Positions 18,206 through 27,054 of a stretch of DNA of 32,000 nucleotides are shown here, piece by piece (the first letter of the stretch is position 1; the number at the start of each line of letters is the position of its first letter). A program made the translations under genes and the position numbers. The stretch is from an uncultured archaeon (GTDB lineage: Archaea; Iainarchaeota; Iainarchaeia; Iainarchaeales; JAAZKV01): positions 30,001 to 62,000 of the forward strand of contig CAZKBG010000001.1 of assembly GCA_964551375.1 (NCBI GenBank), given 5' to 3'. The notes beneath the pieces were generated by a model that ran no database searches, was not told the DNA's origin, and saw only the letters and a list, made by a program, of their open reading frames with translations.

Positions 18206-19114
18206 ATGCCTTTAAAGAAATTCGGATTCAGCTTAGGGTACAATGTAGGAAATGCTTTTTCTGCTAAAAAAAAGACTTCCAAAACTCAAAAACCAAAACC
18301 AGCTCAAGTTCCTGCCGTTTCTGCGCCTGTTCAGGCAAGAAAGAGATTAAAAGATTTTAGAGTGGTTGAACTTGGGCATGGAAAAGTTCCTGCAGGGTTA
18401 GTAAAAGTTGCTTCTAAAAAAAGAGGGCGAAAAACAAGCTTTTTAGGAGTGGAAACAGAAAAAGTAAATCTTGCCAAAGCGCTGAAACTTGCAGGCGCAG
18501 AAAAACTTCCGAAAAATTTAACATTTGAAAAAACATGCGCATTAAAAGCCTTGCAAAAAATGCCTTCTGGAAAAACGCACGTAGTATTTGCAAGCTATTT
18601 ATTGAATAATCTTTCATATAAGCGGGTTGTTAGAAGAGGAGGGGAAGCTGTGCCAATGGATGTTGCGGTTATTAATGAAGCAAAAAGAGTATTGGTTCCA
18701 GGGGGGAGATTTGTTGCAATTGGGGACAGGGGGAGCATAGATAAGTACATGGGACTGGCTGCTGCCAGCGGCCTTAAATTTCATGCAATTGCAATTCCTG
18801 ACGCAGTTGCGCAAAAATCACTTGCCCAATACATAAGAGAAAGAGGAACTCCTGCAGGAAGGGCGGATTATTTTATGAAATACATGCGAGGCGGACCTGA
18901 AGTGTTAATAGAATTTGAAATGATGGCCCAGCAGGGACTTGTGAAAGATTTTGGGGACATGGCGAAACCGACAATATACCTTTTAAGAAAACCAAAGGCT
19001 GAAGAGAAAGGAATAAAGCAAGTTGGAATTTATCACACTGTTTCTGGGACAGAAGCGTTAAATGAAAGAGAAAGAGCAATAGTGCGCGAAATACTAAGCG
19101 GACAAAATGAATAG
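18206..19114 (+). CDS. Degenerate SAM-methyltransferase-like protein
   Basis: 302 aa. 'FRVVELGHGKVP', 'VVFASYLLNNLS', 'VINEAKRVLVPGGRFVAIGDRG' resemble class I methyltransferase strands, but the canonical GxGxG is absent. Confidence 0.5.
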   Translation: MPLKKFGFSLGYNVGNAFSAKKKTSKTQKPKPAQVPAVSAPVQARKRLKDFRVVELGHGKVPAGLVKVASKKRGRKTSFLGVETEKVNLAKALKLAGAEKLPKNLTFEKTCALKALQKMPSGKTHVVFASYLLNNLSYKRVVRRGGEAVPMDVAVINEAKRVLVPGGRFVAIGDRGSIDKYMGLAAASGLKFHAIAIPDAVAQKSLAQYIRERGTPAGRADYFMKYMRGGPEVLIEFEMMAQQGLVKDFGDMAKPTIYLLRKPKAEEKGIKQVGIYHTVSGTEALNERERAIVREILSGQNE

Positions 19115-19153
19115 TTAAAGATAATAAAAATAGTTGGATTCAAAAAGGATAAT

Positions 19154-20707
19154 TTACTTTGAAGCCTGATTTCCAATTCTAACTCCATAATTAATGAATT
19201 TAGTTAACTTCATCTTCTGCGCGTCGTCATATGGAATAAAAAGAGGAACACAAGTTTTTTGAGTATTCTTGTTATATTCTTCAAAAAGCTTTTTCATCAA
19301 AGGCCCGTTATTCAAAATCTTAATTAAAGCCGAATCATAAAAATTTCCTTTTGAATTATAATTTCCCAAGTCAACGCTGATTCCAAATTTAGTTGCCCAT
19401 GATTTAATTGCATTTCCGGTTCCAGTTCCAATATACCCGTCAAAGCGCTCAATTTCAGAAACCCCGCTGTAATCAGCGCCAGCTTTATAAAACGCGTATT
19501 GGATACCTGCTGTTAAAGGAGCAAGCACTCCTGCATTATACGCTGTGCCTTCAACAAAATACCTGTCAAGAGAGCCATAAGGTGGAATTACGCAAGTATA
19601 ACTTGAAATTGAAGAGTATGAAGAAATCACGCCTTCATTTGATTTTAATAAAGCAAAAGCAACTGTTTTTCCTCCTGAAGAGGTTTCAAGAACTTTGCTA
19701 ATTTCTGAATCAGAAACTTGCGCTGAATTTTTGTTTCCAAAAAGAGCTTTAACCTCAGGATAAGTGAATAAGTTTCTTGCGCTTGAAATTCCAACCTGAT
19801 ACTCGCCATATGTCTTTCCTAAACCCAACCCTTCCCAAACAGAGCTGGCAACTTTTCTTAACCCTGTGGAGTTTCTTCCGCTTTCTTCAAAACGAATGTA
19901 TTCAAGGAGCTTATTGTAATACTCTTCCCTTGGCATTACTTTTGCGGCGTCATAATCACAGCCTCTGTTCACGCCTGCTGGGGTGTTTAAGTAAAGCACT
20001 TCAATTGGAGTGAATTGGCTTAAGAGAACTGAATCATCAAACACTCTTATCTCATTTGCATAAAGATCAGCAAACCTTGGCGCCCCGCTTGAAGTATTCC
20101 CAAGATAAATTACAACATGCGTGTATTTCACTTTTGAGTTTTTAGAATCAATTGTATTATTGTACTCGCTTAATGGAGTATAAACTCCAATTAATCTTCC
20201 CTTTGCAAGAATTCCATTACTAATAAGCGAACTAATAGTTTCCCCGTTTGAAATAACATGCGTGTTCATTTTATCAGCGTACTTTAATTCCCAAGCATCC
20301 GTTGAAGGGTAACATTCACCAAACAAATCCTTCGCCACGTACTTAACATACCTTGAGCAGTAAAACGGAGGAGTTTCACTTTCAGAATAAATTGGAATGC
20401 CAAGCTTTCCGGAACTTACTTCAACAGAGTGATATTTTGGAGATTCCCCTTTTGGCAGAATAGTGCTTGCCATTAAAAAACCTGAAGCGCTGGAAACTGA
20501 AGTTGAAGGCGGTTGTGTTATACTATTATCACCCAAAAGATTTGCATTAAAAATTTTCAAATAATCAGCGACTGATTTTCCTCCGCTTGAAGCGGTTGAA
20601 CCGTCGCTTGGAGGCAAAGGCGCATCAATTTGAGTAACCGCAAAAACAAAAGCAAAAAGCATTAATAGAGCCAGAAGCACTCCAATAACAAAAATTCCTT
20701 TTTTCAT
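19154..20707 (-). CDS. Exported protein with possible CHAP/NlpC-like and lysozyme/SLT-like regions
   Basis: 517 aa. Signal 'GIFVIGVLLALLMLFAFVFAV'; 'FYCSRYVKYVAKDLFG...DAWEL' and 'KYTHVVIYLGN' (Cys/His pair); 'YGEYQVGISSARNLF' and 'GTAYNAGVLAPL' (SLT-like). Domain calls are weak. Confidence 0.55.
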   Translation of the reverse strand: MKKGIFVIGVLLALLMLFAFVFAVTQIDAPLPPSDGSTASSGGKSVADYLKIFNANLLGDNSITQPPSTSVSSASGFLMASTILPKGESPKYHSVEVSSGKLGIPIYSESETPPFYCSRYVKYVAKDLFGECYPSTDAWELKYADKMNTHVISNGETISSLISNGILAKGRLIGVYTPLSEYNNTIDSKNSKVKYTHVVIYLGNTSSGAPRFADLYANEIRVFDDSVLLSQFTPIEVLYLNTPAGVNRGCDYDAAKVMPREEYYNKLLEYIRFEESGRNSTGLRKVASSVWEGLGLGKTYGEYQVGISSARNLFTYPEVKALFGNKNSAQVSDSEISKVLETSSGGKTVAFALLKSNEGVISSYSSISSYTCVIPPYGSLDRYFVEGTAYNAGVLAPLTAGIQYAFYKAGADYSGVSEIERFDGYIGTGTGNAIKSWATKFGISVDLGNYNSKGNFYDSALIKILNNGPLMKKLFEEYNKNTQKTCVPLFIPYDDAQKMKLTKFINYGVRIGNQASK

Positions 20708-20783
20708 AACCCTTGCATAAAACTAATCCAATTACTAGTATTTATTTTAACTGGTGGAGGCAGGGTGGATTAAATTATAAGCT

Positions 20784-21230
20784 CTATCCTAATTTTGCAA
20801 TATCTTGCTCAAGTTTTTCCTTTTCCTGCTTGAGTTCTTTTATCAGCGCTTTTAATTGGATTTTATCTTTTTCAAGTATGGAAAGGATGGATTCTGTTTT
20901 ATCATACAACCTCTGCTCTTTCTCCTGCGCGCTTTCATTTAGCATTGTCCAAAGAAGAGAATTTTCAGCATGCAGTTTATTGTACTCCCTGCGCTTTATT
21001 GAAATGGCTTTATTCAATCTGTCTTGGAGGGTCAAATTCTCCTCAAGCTTTGAGCTAACTTCCGCTGCTTTGCTCTTAAGTTCGCTAATTTTAGCAAGCC
21101 TTTCTTCTTCCTTATTTTGCAAAATCTTATAGTGCCTTTTTCTAAAAACAGAAAAAACAACTAATCCCGCAACTCCAACAACCACAATTACTGTAATTGG
21201 AACAATATTCTCAAAGCCAATTGAACTCAT
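20784..21230 (-). CDS. Membrane-anchored coiled-coil protein
   Basis: 148 aa. N-terminal TM 'IVPITVIVVVGVAGLVVFSVF' followed by a long Glu/Lys/Leu heptad-like region. Confidence 0.7.
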   Translation of the reverse strand: MSSIGFENIVPITVIVVVGVAGLVVFSVFRKRHYKILQNKEEERLAKISELKSKAAEVSSKLEENLTLQDRLNKAISIKRREYNKLHAENSLLWTMLNESAQEKEQRLYDKTESILSILEKDKIQLKALIKELKQEKEKLEQDIAKLG

Positions 21231-21428
21231 TTAGTAAGTTAATGCAGTTTCATCTTTATATTGGTTGCTGGATTTGGCGCTTTAGAGCATCTTTAAGTAT
21301 AATTTAGGGAGTTATTCTATTATGCTTATTAAAATTGAAAGCGTGGAAGTGAATGGAAAAATGATTCACTTAATTGGAATAAAATATAGCTTAATTGGGG
21401 TGTTTGGAAGAAAAGGGGATTATTTTTT

Positions 21429-22190
21429 ATGAAAACATCCAACCAACGATTAAAGCTTAGCGCGCTAAAAAAGCATATTGAAGGCGCGAAGCGAAAAGTG
21501 CGTGTAAAACAATCCGGATTTGCGAGGATTGGATACACTCCAGTGGGGAGAAAACTTGTTGCAAAGTTCCCTGGAATAATGCGCGCTTTTACAGCAGGGC
21601 GAGAGGCAATTTTAAGTGGAAAAGCGGCCCTATCAACCCATCAAATAAAAGGAGTGGGGATGGTAAAAGTAAGAAAACAAGCGCTAATTGAAGGAATAAT
21701 GCACACTCATGGATTTATTGTGGAAGCTACTGATGCCCGCCATAGGCGCAAATACTCGTTTTTTGTAAAAGAACAGGAGATGCCTGGAAGAAGCGCTGAA
21801 TTTAGAGCACACCTTGACATGGCACACCCTCAAATTAAAGCCCTTGAAAAAGCCTATTCCGCGCTTGGAAAAATTGCTGTTAAAGGAGTGGGGGGAGTGG
21901 AAGTTGCAGATTACTACTTGGCTTATACACAAGGAAATCATTCCTTTCTTGTCACAAAATTTTATTCTGATGCAATCAGCTATACTCACCTACCAACAGC
22001 AGAACGAAATCAAATTGCCCCTTTAATTGAACGCTTAAGACATGAATTTGAGAAAGGCGCGGTGGGAAGAGAAGTTACTGATGTATTCAATGGAATTTTA
22101 ATTCGAAACCTTCTATGGAGCTCGTCAAGAAAAAAACTAATAATGATTGATTTAAGGCCCAATATTAAAGTTGAAAATATGGGGTTCTGA
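21429..22190 (+). CDS. Hypothetical protein, 253 aa
   Basis: Long ORF with balanced composition. The C-terminal 'EVTDVFNGILIRNLLWSSSRKKLIMIDLRPN' is vaguely reminiscent of kinase-fold catalytic/DxD segments (weak). Confidence 0.55.
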   Translation: MKTSNQRLKLSALKKHIEGAKRKVRVKQSGFARIGYTPVGRKLVAKFPGIMRAFTAGREAILSGKAALSTHQIKGVGMVKVRKQALIEGIMHTHGFIVEATDARHRRKYSFFVKEQEMPGRSAEFRAHLDMAHPQIKALEKAYSALGKIAVKGVGGVEVADYYLAYTQGNHSFLVTKFYSDAISYTHLPTAERNQIAPLIERLRHEFEKGAVGREVTDVFNGILIRNLLWSSSRKKLIMIDLRPNIKVENMGF

Positions 22191-22348
22191 AAATCCTCTC
22201 ATGTGGCTGATTTATGCACTTATTTAATTTAAACATTCTCAAAATTATTGGGGAAATGTATAATAACTAGAATAATACTTGTTTTGCTAAATTTTAGAAG
22301 TATTTTGAAGAGAATTAGTATTGATTTTGTCCTAATCGAGGTTGTTAA

Positions 22349-22753
22349 GTGGATAAAGACGATGAGCTGCACTGTGGAATGCGTGCTTCAAATGAAGATG
22401 TTCCCTCGTCCTGTGAAGAGCGTTTCACAGGAGTTATTACAAGAATTCATGATGGCGCCGCGTATGATGCCTCAAGCTTTATGATAATTGATGGAAAAAC
22501 CGTTATATTCAATTTAGGCGGAGAAATGAACGCTGATATAAAAATGGGAAAATTAATCGGGTTTGAAGAAAATCCAAAATTTCCATATTCAGGCGGAGAA
22601 GAAGAACTCAAAACCAAATATGCTGGAAAGAAAGCTGAAGTGTTTGCATTAAGGCGCACTTATGACGGATTCAATAACAACGGGCAACTTGTTAGAATTA
22701 CTGAATATATTCTAATAGGTTCTGAAAAATACTATATAAAACTTTTAAAGTGA
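22349..22753 (+). CDS. Small hypothetical protein, paralog of 24260-24676
   Basis: 134 aa, GTG start. 'FTGVITRIHDGAAYDASSFMIIDGKTVIFNLGG...LIGF' aligns with 'FSGKIYQIVNGAQWDATSFIVIEDKMVIFGVGG...LIGF' in the second ORF. Confidence 0.65.
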   Translation: MDKDDELHCGMRASNEDVPSSCEERFTGVITRIHDGAAYDASSFMIIDGKTVIFNLGGEMNADIKMGKLIGFEENPKFPYSGGEEELKTKYAGKKAEVFALRRTYDGFNNNGQLVRITEYILIGSEKYYIKLLK

Positions 22754-22811
22754 AACTCTTCTTGTCAATACTTTAAGGTTTTAATATTGTTTGGTTTTCA
22801 CTTAGGATAAT

Positions 22812-23273
22812 ATGAAAGCACTTGTTGTGTACTATTCAAGAACCGGAACGACAAAAACAGTTGCTGAAGCTATTTCAAAAGAACTTAGATGTGATTTGGA
22901 AGAAATTATTGATGAAAAGAACCGCACAGGGGTGCTTGGGTGGCTTGGCGGAGGAAAGGATGCAAGTCAAAAGAAACTCACTCAAATAAAGCCAATCAAA
23001 CACTCTCCAAAAAATTATGATTTGGTAGTTGTGGGCTCTCCAATATGGGCTGGATTAATGGCTCCTGCGTTAAGGACTTATCTTTCACAAAACAAGCCCT
23101 CAAATATCGCTGCTTTTTGCACAATGGGGGGAAATAATCCTGGAGCATTTTTTAAAGATCTTGATGAAAACTTTGGAAAACCGAAGACATGTGTTGCAAT
23201 CCAAACAAGCGAAGTAAAACAGGGCAAAACTCCTGAAAAAATAAAGGAATTTATCACACTGATTTCCAAGTGA
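22812..23273 (+). CDS. Flavodoxin family protein
   Basis: 153 aa. 'MKALVVYYSRTGTTKTVAEAI' FMN phosphate-binding loop, 'YDLVVVGSPIWAGLMAPALRTYL', 'AAFCTMGG'. Confidence 0.92.
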   Translation: MKALVVYYSRTGTTKTVAEAISKELRCDLEEIIDEKNRTGVLGWLGGGKDASQKKLTQIKPIKHSPKNYDLVVVGSPIWAGLMAPALRTYLSQNKPSNIAAFCTMGGNNPGAFFKDLDENFGKPKTCVAIQTSEVKQGKTPEKIKEFITLISK

Positions 23274-23319
23274 TGTTTAGTCTAAGTGGTGTTTTGTCTA
23301 AGTGATGCCTAATCTAAGC
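23272..23319. repeat. Three degenerate 16-nt tandem repeats (TCTAAGt core) just 3' of the flavodoxin gene
   Basis: gatgtttagtctaagt / ggtgttttgtctaagt / gatgcctaatctaagc. Confidence 0.7.
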
Positions 23320-23453
23320 AAGGTTTAATTTTTTAATAAATTTATTCTCAATTGGTTGTTTGACTTCAAATAGTATAATTTTTAAACACAAAAGATAAGC
23401 TAATGATAGAACTTGACAGTTGGTTAAGTAAGTGATAGCAGATTAATTGAATT

Positions 23454-23792
23454 TTGAAATGGAAGGGAATTTGTATGGCGCTTGACATGGACACAATAAT
23501 TTTTGTTCTTGCGGGATTTTTTATTCTAATTGCGGTATTTTTCTTAATGTTGAGATTCTCAAGCAGTAAAATTGTGAAAAAATTCACTGTTGATAGCACT
23601 TTGCAGCAAAAAAATGATGAAAAATTTGCAAAGCTTTCAGCAAGCGTTGCCCAAAACTCAAAGGACATTGAACAAATTAAAAGAATGCTTAATGAAGAAA
23701 GAGTGTCTAAAGTAGGTCCTTATGATGATGTAATAGCTAAGCCAAATAACAGCACTCAAGCGGCTATTGATGCAATTACAAAAACAATATAA
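23454..23792 (+). CDS. Small single-TM protein with cytoplasmic coiled-coil tail
   Basis: 'MALDMDTIIFVLAGFFILIAVFFLMLRF', then 'QQKNDEKFAKLSASVAQNSKDIEQIKRML'. The likely start is the internal ATG (MALDM). Confidence 0.65.
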   Translation: MKWKGICMALDMDTIIFVLAGFFILIAVFFLMLRFSSSKIVKKFTVDSTLQQKNDEKFAKLSASVAQNSKDIEQIKRMLNEERVSKVGPYDDVIAKPNNSTQAAIDAITKTI

Positions 23793-23800
23793 ACAAGCTT

Positions 23801-24124
23801 TTATTTTTCCTGCTTCATTCCAAATCCTTTCTCTGGGAAACGCTTTTTTCCTTTTTTTACTTCTGTTCCATATTCTCTAAACAATGCGTCCCAATCAGCT
23901 TTTTTTATAGTGGCTGGGTCCGCCATTTTTCCAGGGGTGCTTCTTGTTACTACTCTATAAGCTCCTTTTGAGCCGTAAAGTACTGCATCCTTTTGCATCT
24001 GTCTGATTTCTGCATTTGCTGATTTTACAGACATTGTTTTTACTGGCTTTGTTTTTCCTGGCGCAAATCCGCAGGGCATGTGGGAAGAGTGGACTTGTCC
24101 AACCATTCGGATAGTTTTTCGCAT
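23801..24124 (-). CDS. Small hypothetical protein, 107 aa
   Basis: Clean ORF on the minus strand, convergent with the 23454-23792 gene; lysine-rich C-terminus. Confidence 0.5.
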   Translation of the reverse strand: MRKTIRMVGQVHSSHMPCGFAPGKTKPVKTMSVKSANAEIRQMQKDAVLYGSKGAYRVVTRSTPGKMADPATIKKADWDALFREYGTEVKKGKKRFPEKGFGMKQEK

Positions 24125-24259
24125 AATAGTAATTCTTACTGCTTAGGAACTATTTAACTTATTTGATTAATTGCAACTCCCTTTTGAAATGAACACTATT
24201 TGTTGGACGTTAGTTAAATTTCCAAAAAGAAAGTTTAAGTAAAAGAAAGCCATTAAATT

Positions 24260-24676
24260 GTGATAAATATTGGTGGTAAAATGGTTGTTGAAGAAAAGTT
24301 CTCTGGGAAAATATATCAAATCGTAAACGGGGCTCAATGGGATGCGACTAGTTTTATTGTAATTGAGGATAAAATGGTGATTTTTGGAGTTGGGGGAGTA
24401 GCATCAGAGGGAAATCCTGACCAAGCCAAAAGAGGCTCTCTTATTGGATTTAATCTTGAAAAAAGCGGCTGGGAAAAGAAATGCTTAAATAAGAAAGTTG
24501 AAGTATTTGCAAAACTTTCTGAAAACTCTGATAAAATAGTTAAAAACAATAAACTTTCAGCAAAGCAGTACCTTGATGAGGGCGAAAAAGTTCCAAAAGA
24601 TTACTTGTATTTAACAAAAGTGAATAAAGTGTATACTTTGTACGGGAATGAAAAATACTTTGTGAAATTGGGCTAA
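24260..24676 (+). CDS. Small hypothetical protein, paralog of 22349-22753
   Basis: 138 aa. Shared 'F(S/T)GxIxxIxxGAxxDA(T/S)SFxxIxxKxVIFxxGG' and C-terminal 'YLTKVNKVYTLYGNEKYFVKLG' vs 'ITEYILIGSEKYYIKLLK'. Confidence 0.7.
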   Translation: MINIGGKMVVEEKFSGKIYQIVNGAQWDATSFIVIEDKMVIFGVGGVASEGNPDQAKRGSLIGFNLEKSGWEKKCLNKKVEVFAKLSENSDKIVKNNKLSAKQYLDEGEKVPKDYLYLTKVNKVYTLYGNEKYFVKLG

Positions 24677-24679
24677 TTT

Positions 24680-25054
24680 TCACTTCTTTAGTTTTGCTTT
24701 TTGCTTGGCTTCATTTTCCTTCAACCTTGCTTTTACAATTTTCTTTACAAGGGTTTTTGGAATAGGGTGCTCAAGGGAAAAGTACAGCGTCCCAGTGGAT
24801 GCTTTAAACGGCTTTAATTCTTTCTCAAACTTTTTCATAGTTTTAGCGCTCATTACAAAAAAACTTAAGTGCCCTTTGAAAGCAGCATATCCTACAAGCA
24901 TTCCTCCGTAGAAAAAAATAGGCATTCCGTAGCTGATTTTCTCCGCCGCATCAGGAGCAGAGGAAATAATTGTTTTTCTAATATTATTTAATGCAGTTTT
25001 TTGTTCCTTTGGCAGGGCTTGGAAATACTCTGACACTGATTTTGCTTTATTCAT
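24680..25054 (-). CDS. DUF1801/YdhG-like protein
   Basis: 124 aa. 'VSEYFQALPKEQKTALNNIRKTIISSAPDAAEKISYGMPIFFYGG.LVGYAAFKGHLSFFV' fits the DUF1801 family pattern. Confidence 0.85.
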   Translation of the reverse strand: MNKAKSVSEYFQALPKEQKTALNNIRKTIISSAPDAAEKISYGMPIFFYGGMLVGYAAFKGHLSFFVMSAKTMKKFEKELKPFKASTGTLYFSLEHPIPKTLVKKIVKARLKENEAKQKAKLKK

Positions 25055-25127
25055 GGTGACAAATACTACTGCGAAGAAGTTAATAGATTAACCTTTGCAT
25101 TTGGCGGATTAATTTTTGATTAATAAA

Positions 25128-25526
25128 TTAGTTTTTTGAGCCAGGGGGCTTTTTCTTTTTAATTTGTGGTTTAAATTTAGTCGGCTTTGACCATTTGAAT
25201 CCTTTAATATTTTTTAAGTTTTTAGAATAAGCTCCGCCAGGGCCGATTTGATGCCCAACTTGCGGTTCTTTTTCCAAATCTCTAACTATAATTGTAGTTG
25301 GGAGTCCTTCTTTCTGCCTTTGTTTTGCAAGCCTTTCTGCAAGTCTTTGTGCCTGATCCTTTTCTTCAAACCCTGCTGCAATTACTTGGTTTTTTCCTCC
25401 GTGAGAACGAGGGCCCATTACTTCGAGAGCTGCATTAGCGCCCTGCTTGCTACTTCTTGTAAACATTTGCCCAATTGGAGTTTGGTGCAAGTGGTATTTT
25501 TTCCCAGCCAAAATTTTTCTTTGCAT
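25128..25526 (-). CDS. Small basic hypothetical protein, 132 aa
   Basis: ORF on the same strand as its neighbours; Lys/Gln-rich with a basic proline-rich C-terminus. Confidence 0.55.
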   Translation of the reverse strand: MQRKILAGKKYHLHQTPIGQMFTRSSKQGANAALEVMGPRSHGGKNQVIAAGFEEKDQAQRLAERLAKQRQKEGLPTTIIVRDLEKEPQVGHQIGPGGAYSKNLKNIKGFKWSKPTKFKPQIKKKKPPGSKN

Positions 25527-25588
25527 AATGAACTAATTTATTTGAATTATTTAAAGCTATCCTGGCAACTGAAAGTAGATTTTGCCAG

Positions 25589-26221
25589 TTAGTTTTCTTC
25601 ATTAACCATTCTTGCAAAGTGCCCTATAATTAGAACTACATATCCTAAAGCAAGAACTGCTACAAATATGTTCATTACATTCATGGACAATAAAACCGCA
25701 ATTTTTGCAATGAATGAGCTTTGAGCTGAAACATTGATTGCGCTAAATACTGCTCCAATTAACCATGCTACAAATGCAATTCCTGCTGCTGAAATTATTG
25801 GCTTTATGAAGTACTTGAAGTGTCCAAGCGATTTTGAAATGTACTCCATGTAGCTGAATAATAACCCGGCAGCAAAAAACCAAGCCAAGTTGGCTGAAAC
25901 AAACCCAGTTAAAGAAGTAATGAAAGTGCTTCCAAGTCCGCCGTTAATCCAATTAATTATCCAAACAATTATTACTAAAACAACAATTCCAATAATGCTT
26001 CCAATTAAAGGTCCTATAATTCCAAAAGGGTGCCAAGTGCAGTCCCACTTTTCCTTGAAGTGCTTGCCTTTTTTCTCAAACATGCTTTCCATTTTTCTTT
26101 CAAAAGCTTCGCCTTTTTTCTCCATCTTCTTTCCAAAGCGCTCTCCCCACTCGTCCCAATACTCTTCATCGCTTAATCGTCTTGAGGTTTTTGCTTTAAC
26201 TTTTTTAGCCATTAAAATCAC
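25589..26221 (-). CDS. Multi-pass integral membrane protein
   Basis: 210 aa. Charged N-terminal region (EEYWDEWGERFGKKMEKKGEAF), then about 4 TM segments. Confidence 0.75.
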   Translation of the reverse strand: MILMAKKVKAKTSRRLSDEEYWDEWGERFGKKMEKKGEAFERKMESMFEKKGKHFKEKWDCTWHPFGIIGPLIGSIIGIVVLVIIVWIINWINGGLGSTFITSLTGFVSANLAWFFAAGLLFSYMEYISKSLGHFKYFIKPIISAAGIAFVAWLIGAVFSAINVSAQSSFIAKIAVLLSMNVMNIFVAVLALGYVVLIIGHFARMVNEEN

Positions 26222-26298
26222 TTAAGTAACGGCTTTGAAATATTTAAATGTTGTTTTGGGTAATTTGAGCAGGGGGAAAAAGTTTAATAGCGGAGCAA

Positions 26299-26928
26299 TT
26301 AATTTGTGCCCGCTATTTTTCCTGCAACAATTGATGCAAGAGCTGTTGCTTCTGCGCTCCCCGCAGTAGTTGTTACTGAGACAAGTTTTGCTGCGTATAC
26401 TCCTTGAGCAAAATTAAATCCCATGTTCTTGCATGAAACATCGCCGATATTTAAAGAGTCCTTCCCAGCGCATCCCCAAATGCCTGTAACATAGCTCTGT
26501 GCAACTGTGGCGCTGCTTGCTTTTAAAATTGCAATATTTCCGCTTGGCTTCATTTCAGTTCCTTCCATTGGAACAGGATCAAGCCAAATAGCGTTGCATC
26601 CATCTTTAATTGATTTATAAGTAACTTCAGTGCCTGCTGAAAGCTTTAATGAACTAACAATATCTTCTTTTGAAATAAAATTTGCGCAGTTAATGCTTGG
26701 CGAGGTTGGTTCATTACCTGAAACTTCTCCTGTTCCTGGATTTGTAACTGGATTATCAGAAGCATCTACATTACTCCCGCTTCCAGCCGGAACAGTAGCG
26801 CTGCCGTCTGAAATAAAATTAAAATCCGAATTTGCATCAGCATTATTATTTGCTGGTGTTTGAGTGCATCCAAATAAAACAAAAGCGCTCAACAAAACTA
26901 AAACTATTGCCATAATTTTCTTACTCAT
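26299..26928 (-). CDS. Predicted lipoprotein
   Basis: 209 aa. 'KIMAIVLVLLSAFVLFGCTQTPANNN': signal peptide, lipobox-like LFGC and low-complexity linker. Confidence 0.75.
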   Translation of the reverse strand: MSKKIMAIVLVLLSAFVLFGCTQTPANNNADANSDFNFISDGSATVPAGSGSNVDASDNPVTNPGTGEVSGNEPTSPSINCANFISKEDIVSSLKLSAGTEVTYKSIKDGCNAIWLDPVPMEGTEMKPSGNIAILKASSATVAQSYVTGIWGCAGKDSLNIGDVSCKNMGFNFAQGVYAAKLVSVTTTAGSAEATALASIVAGKIAGTN

Positions 26929-27054
26929 AAAATCACACTACAAGTAATGCCCAAGTCGTATATAAAACTGATGATTTGTGCTTTTGATTAAGGAAAGTTT
27001 AAGGCAATGGTTTATCCAAGAAGATTTAAGTAAAAGAAAATACCTTATTATTTT

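Noticed and set aside
19408-20013. Plus-strand ORFs 19408-19701 and 19777-20013
   Set aside because: Contained antisense to the well-supported 517-aa exported protein, with Leu/Gln-rich shadow composition.
20713-21132. Plus-strand 139-aa ORF
   Set aside because: Antisense to the coiled-coil protein at 20784-21230; its Ser/Leu/Phe-rich composition is the complement of Lys/Glu/Gln-rich coding.
21978-22010. 'ISYTHLPTAE' in the 21429 ORF resembles the 'VSYTHL' peptide produced by Nextera adapter contamination
   Set aside because: The DNA reads 'atcagctatactcacctaccaacagca', not the adapter 'ctgtctcttatacacatct', so the peptide resemblance is coincidental.
25890-26225. Plus-strand 111-aa ORF
   Set aside because: Antisense to the membrane protein at 25589-26221, which has clear TM segments and better coding character.
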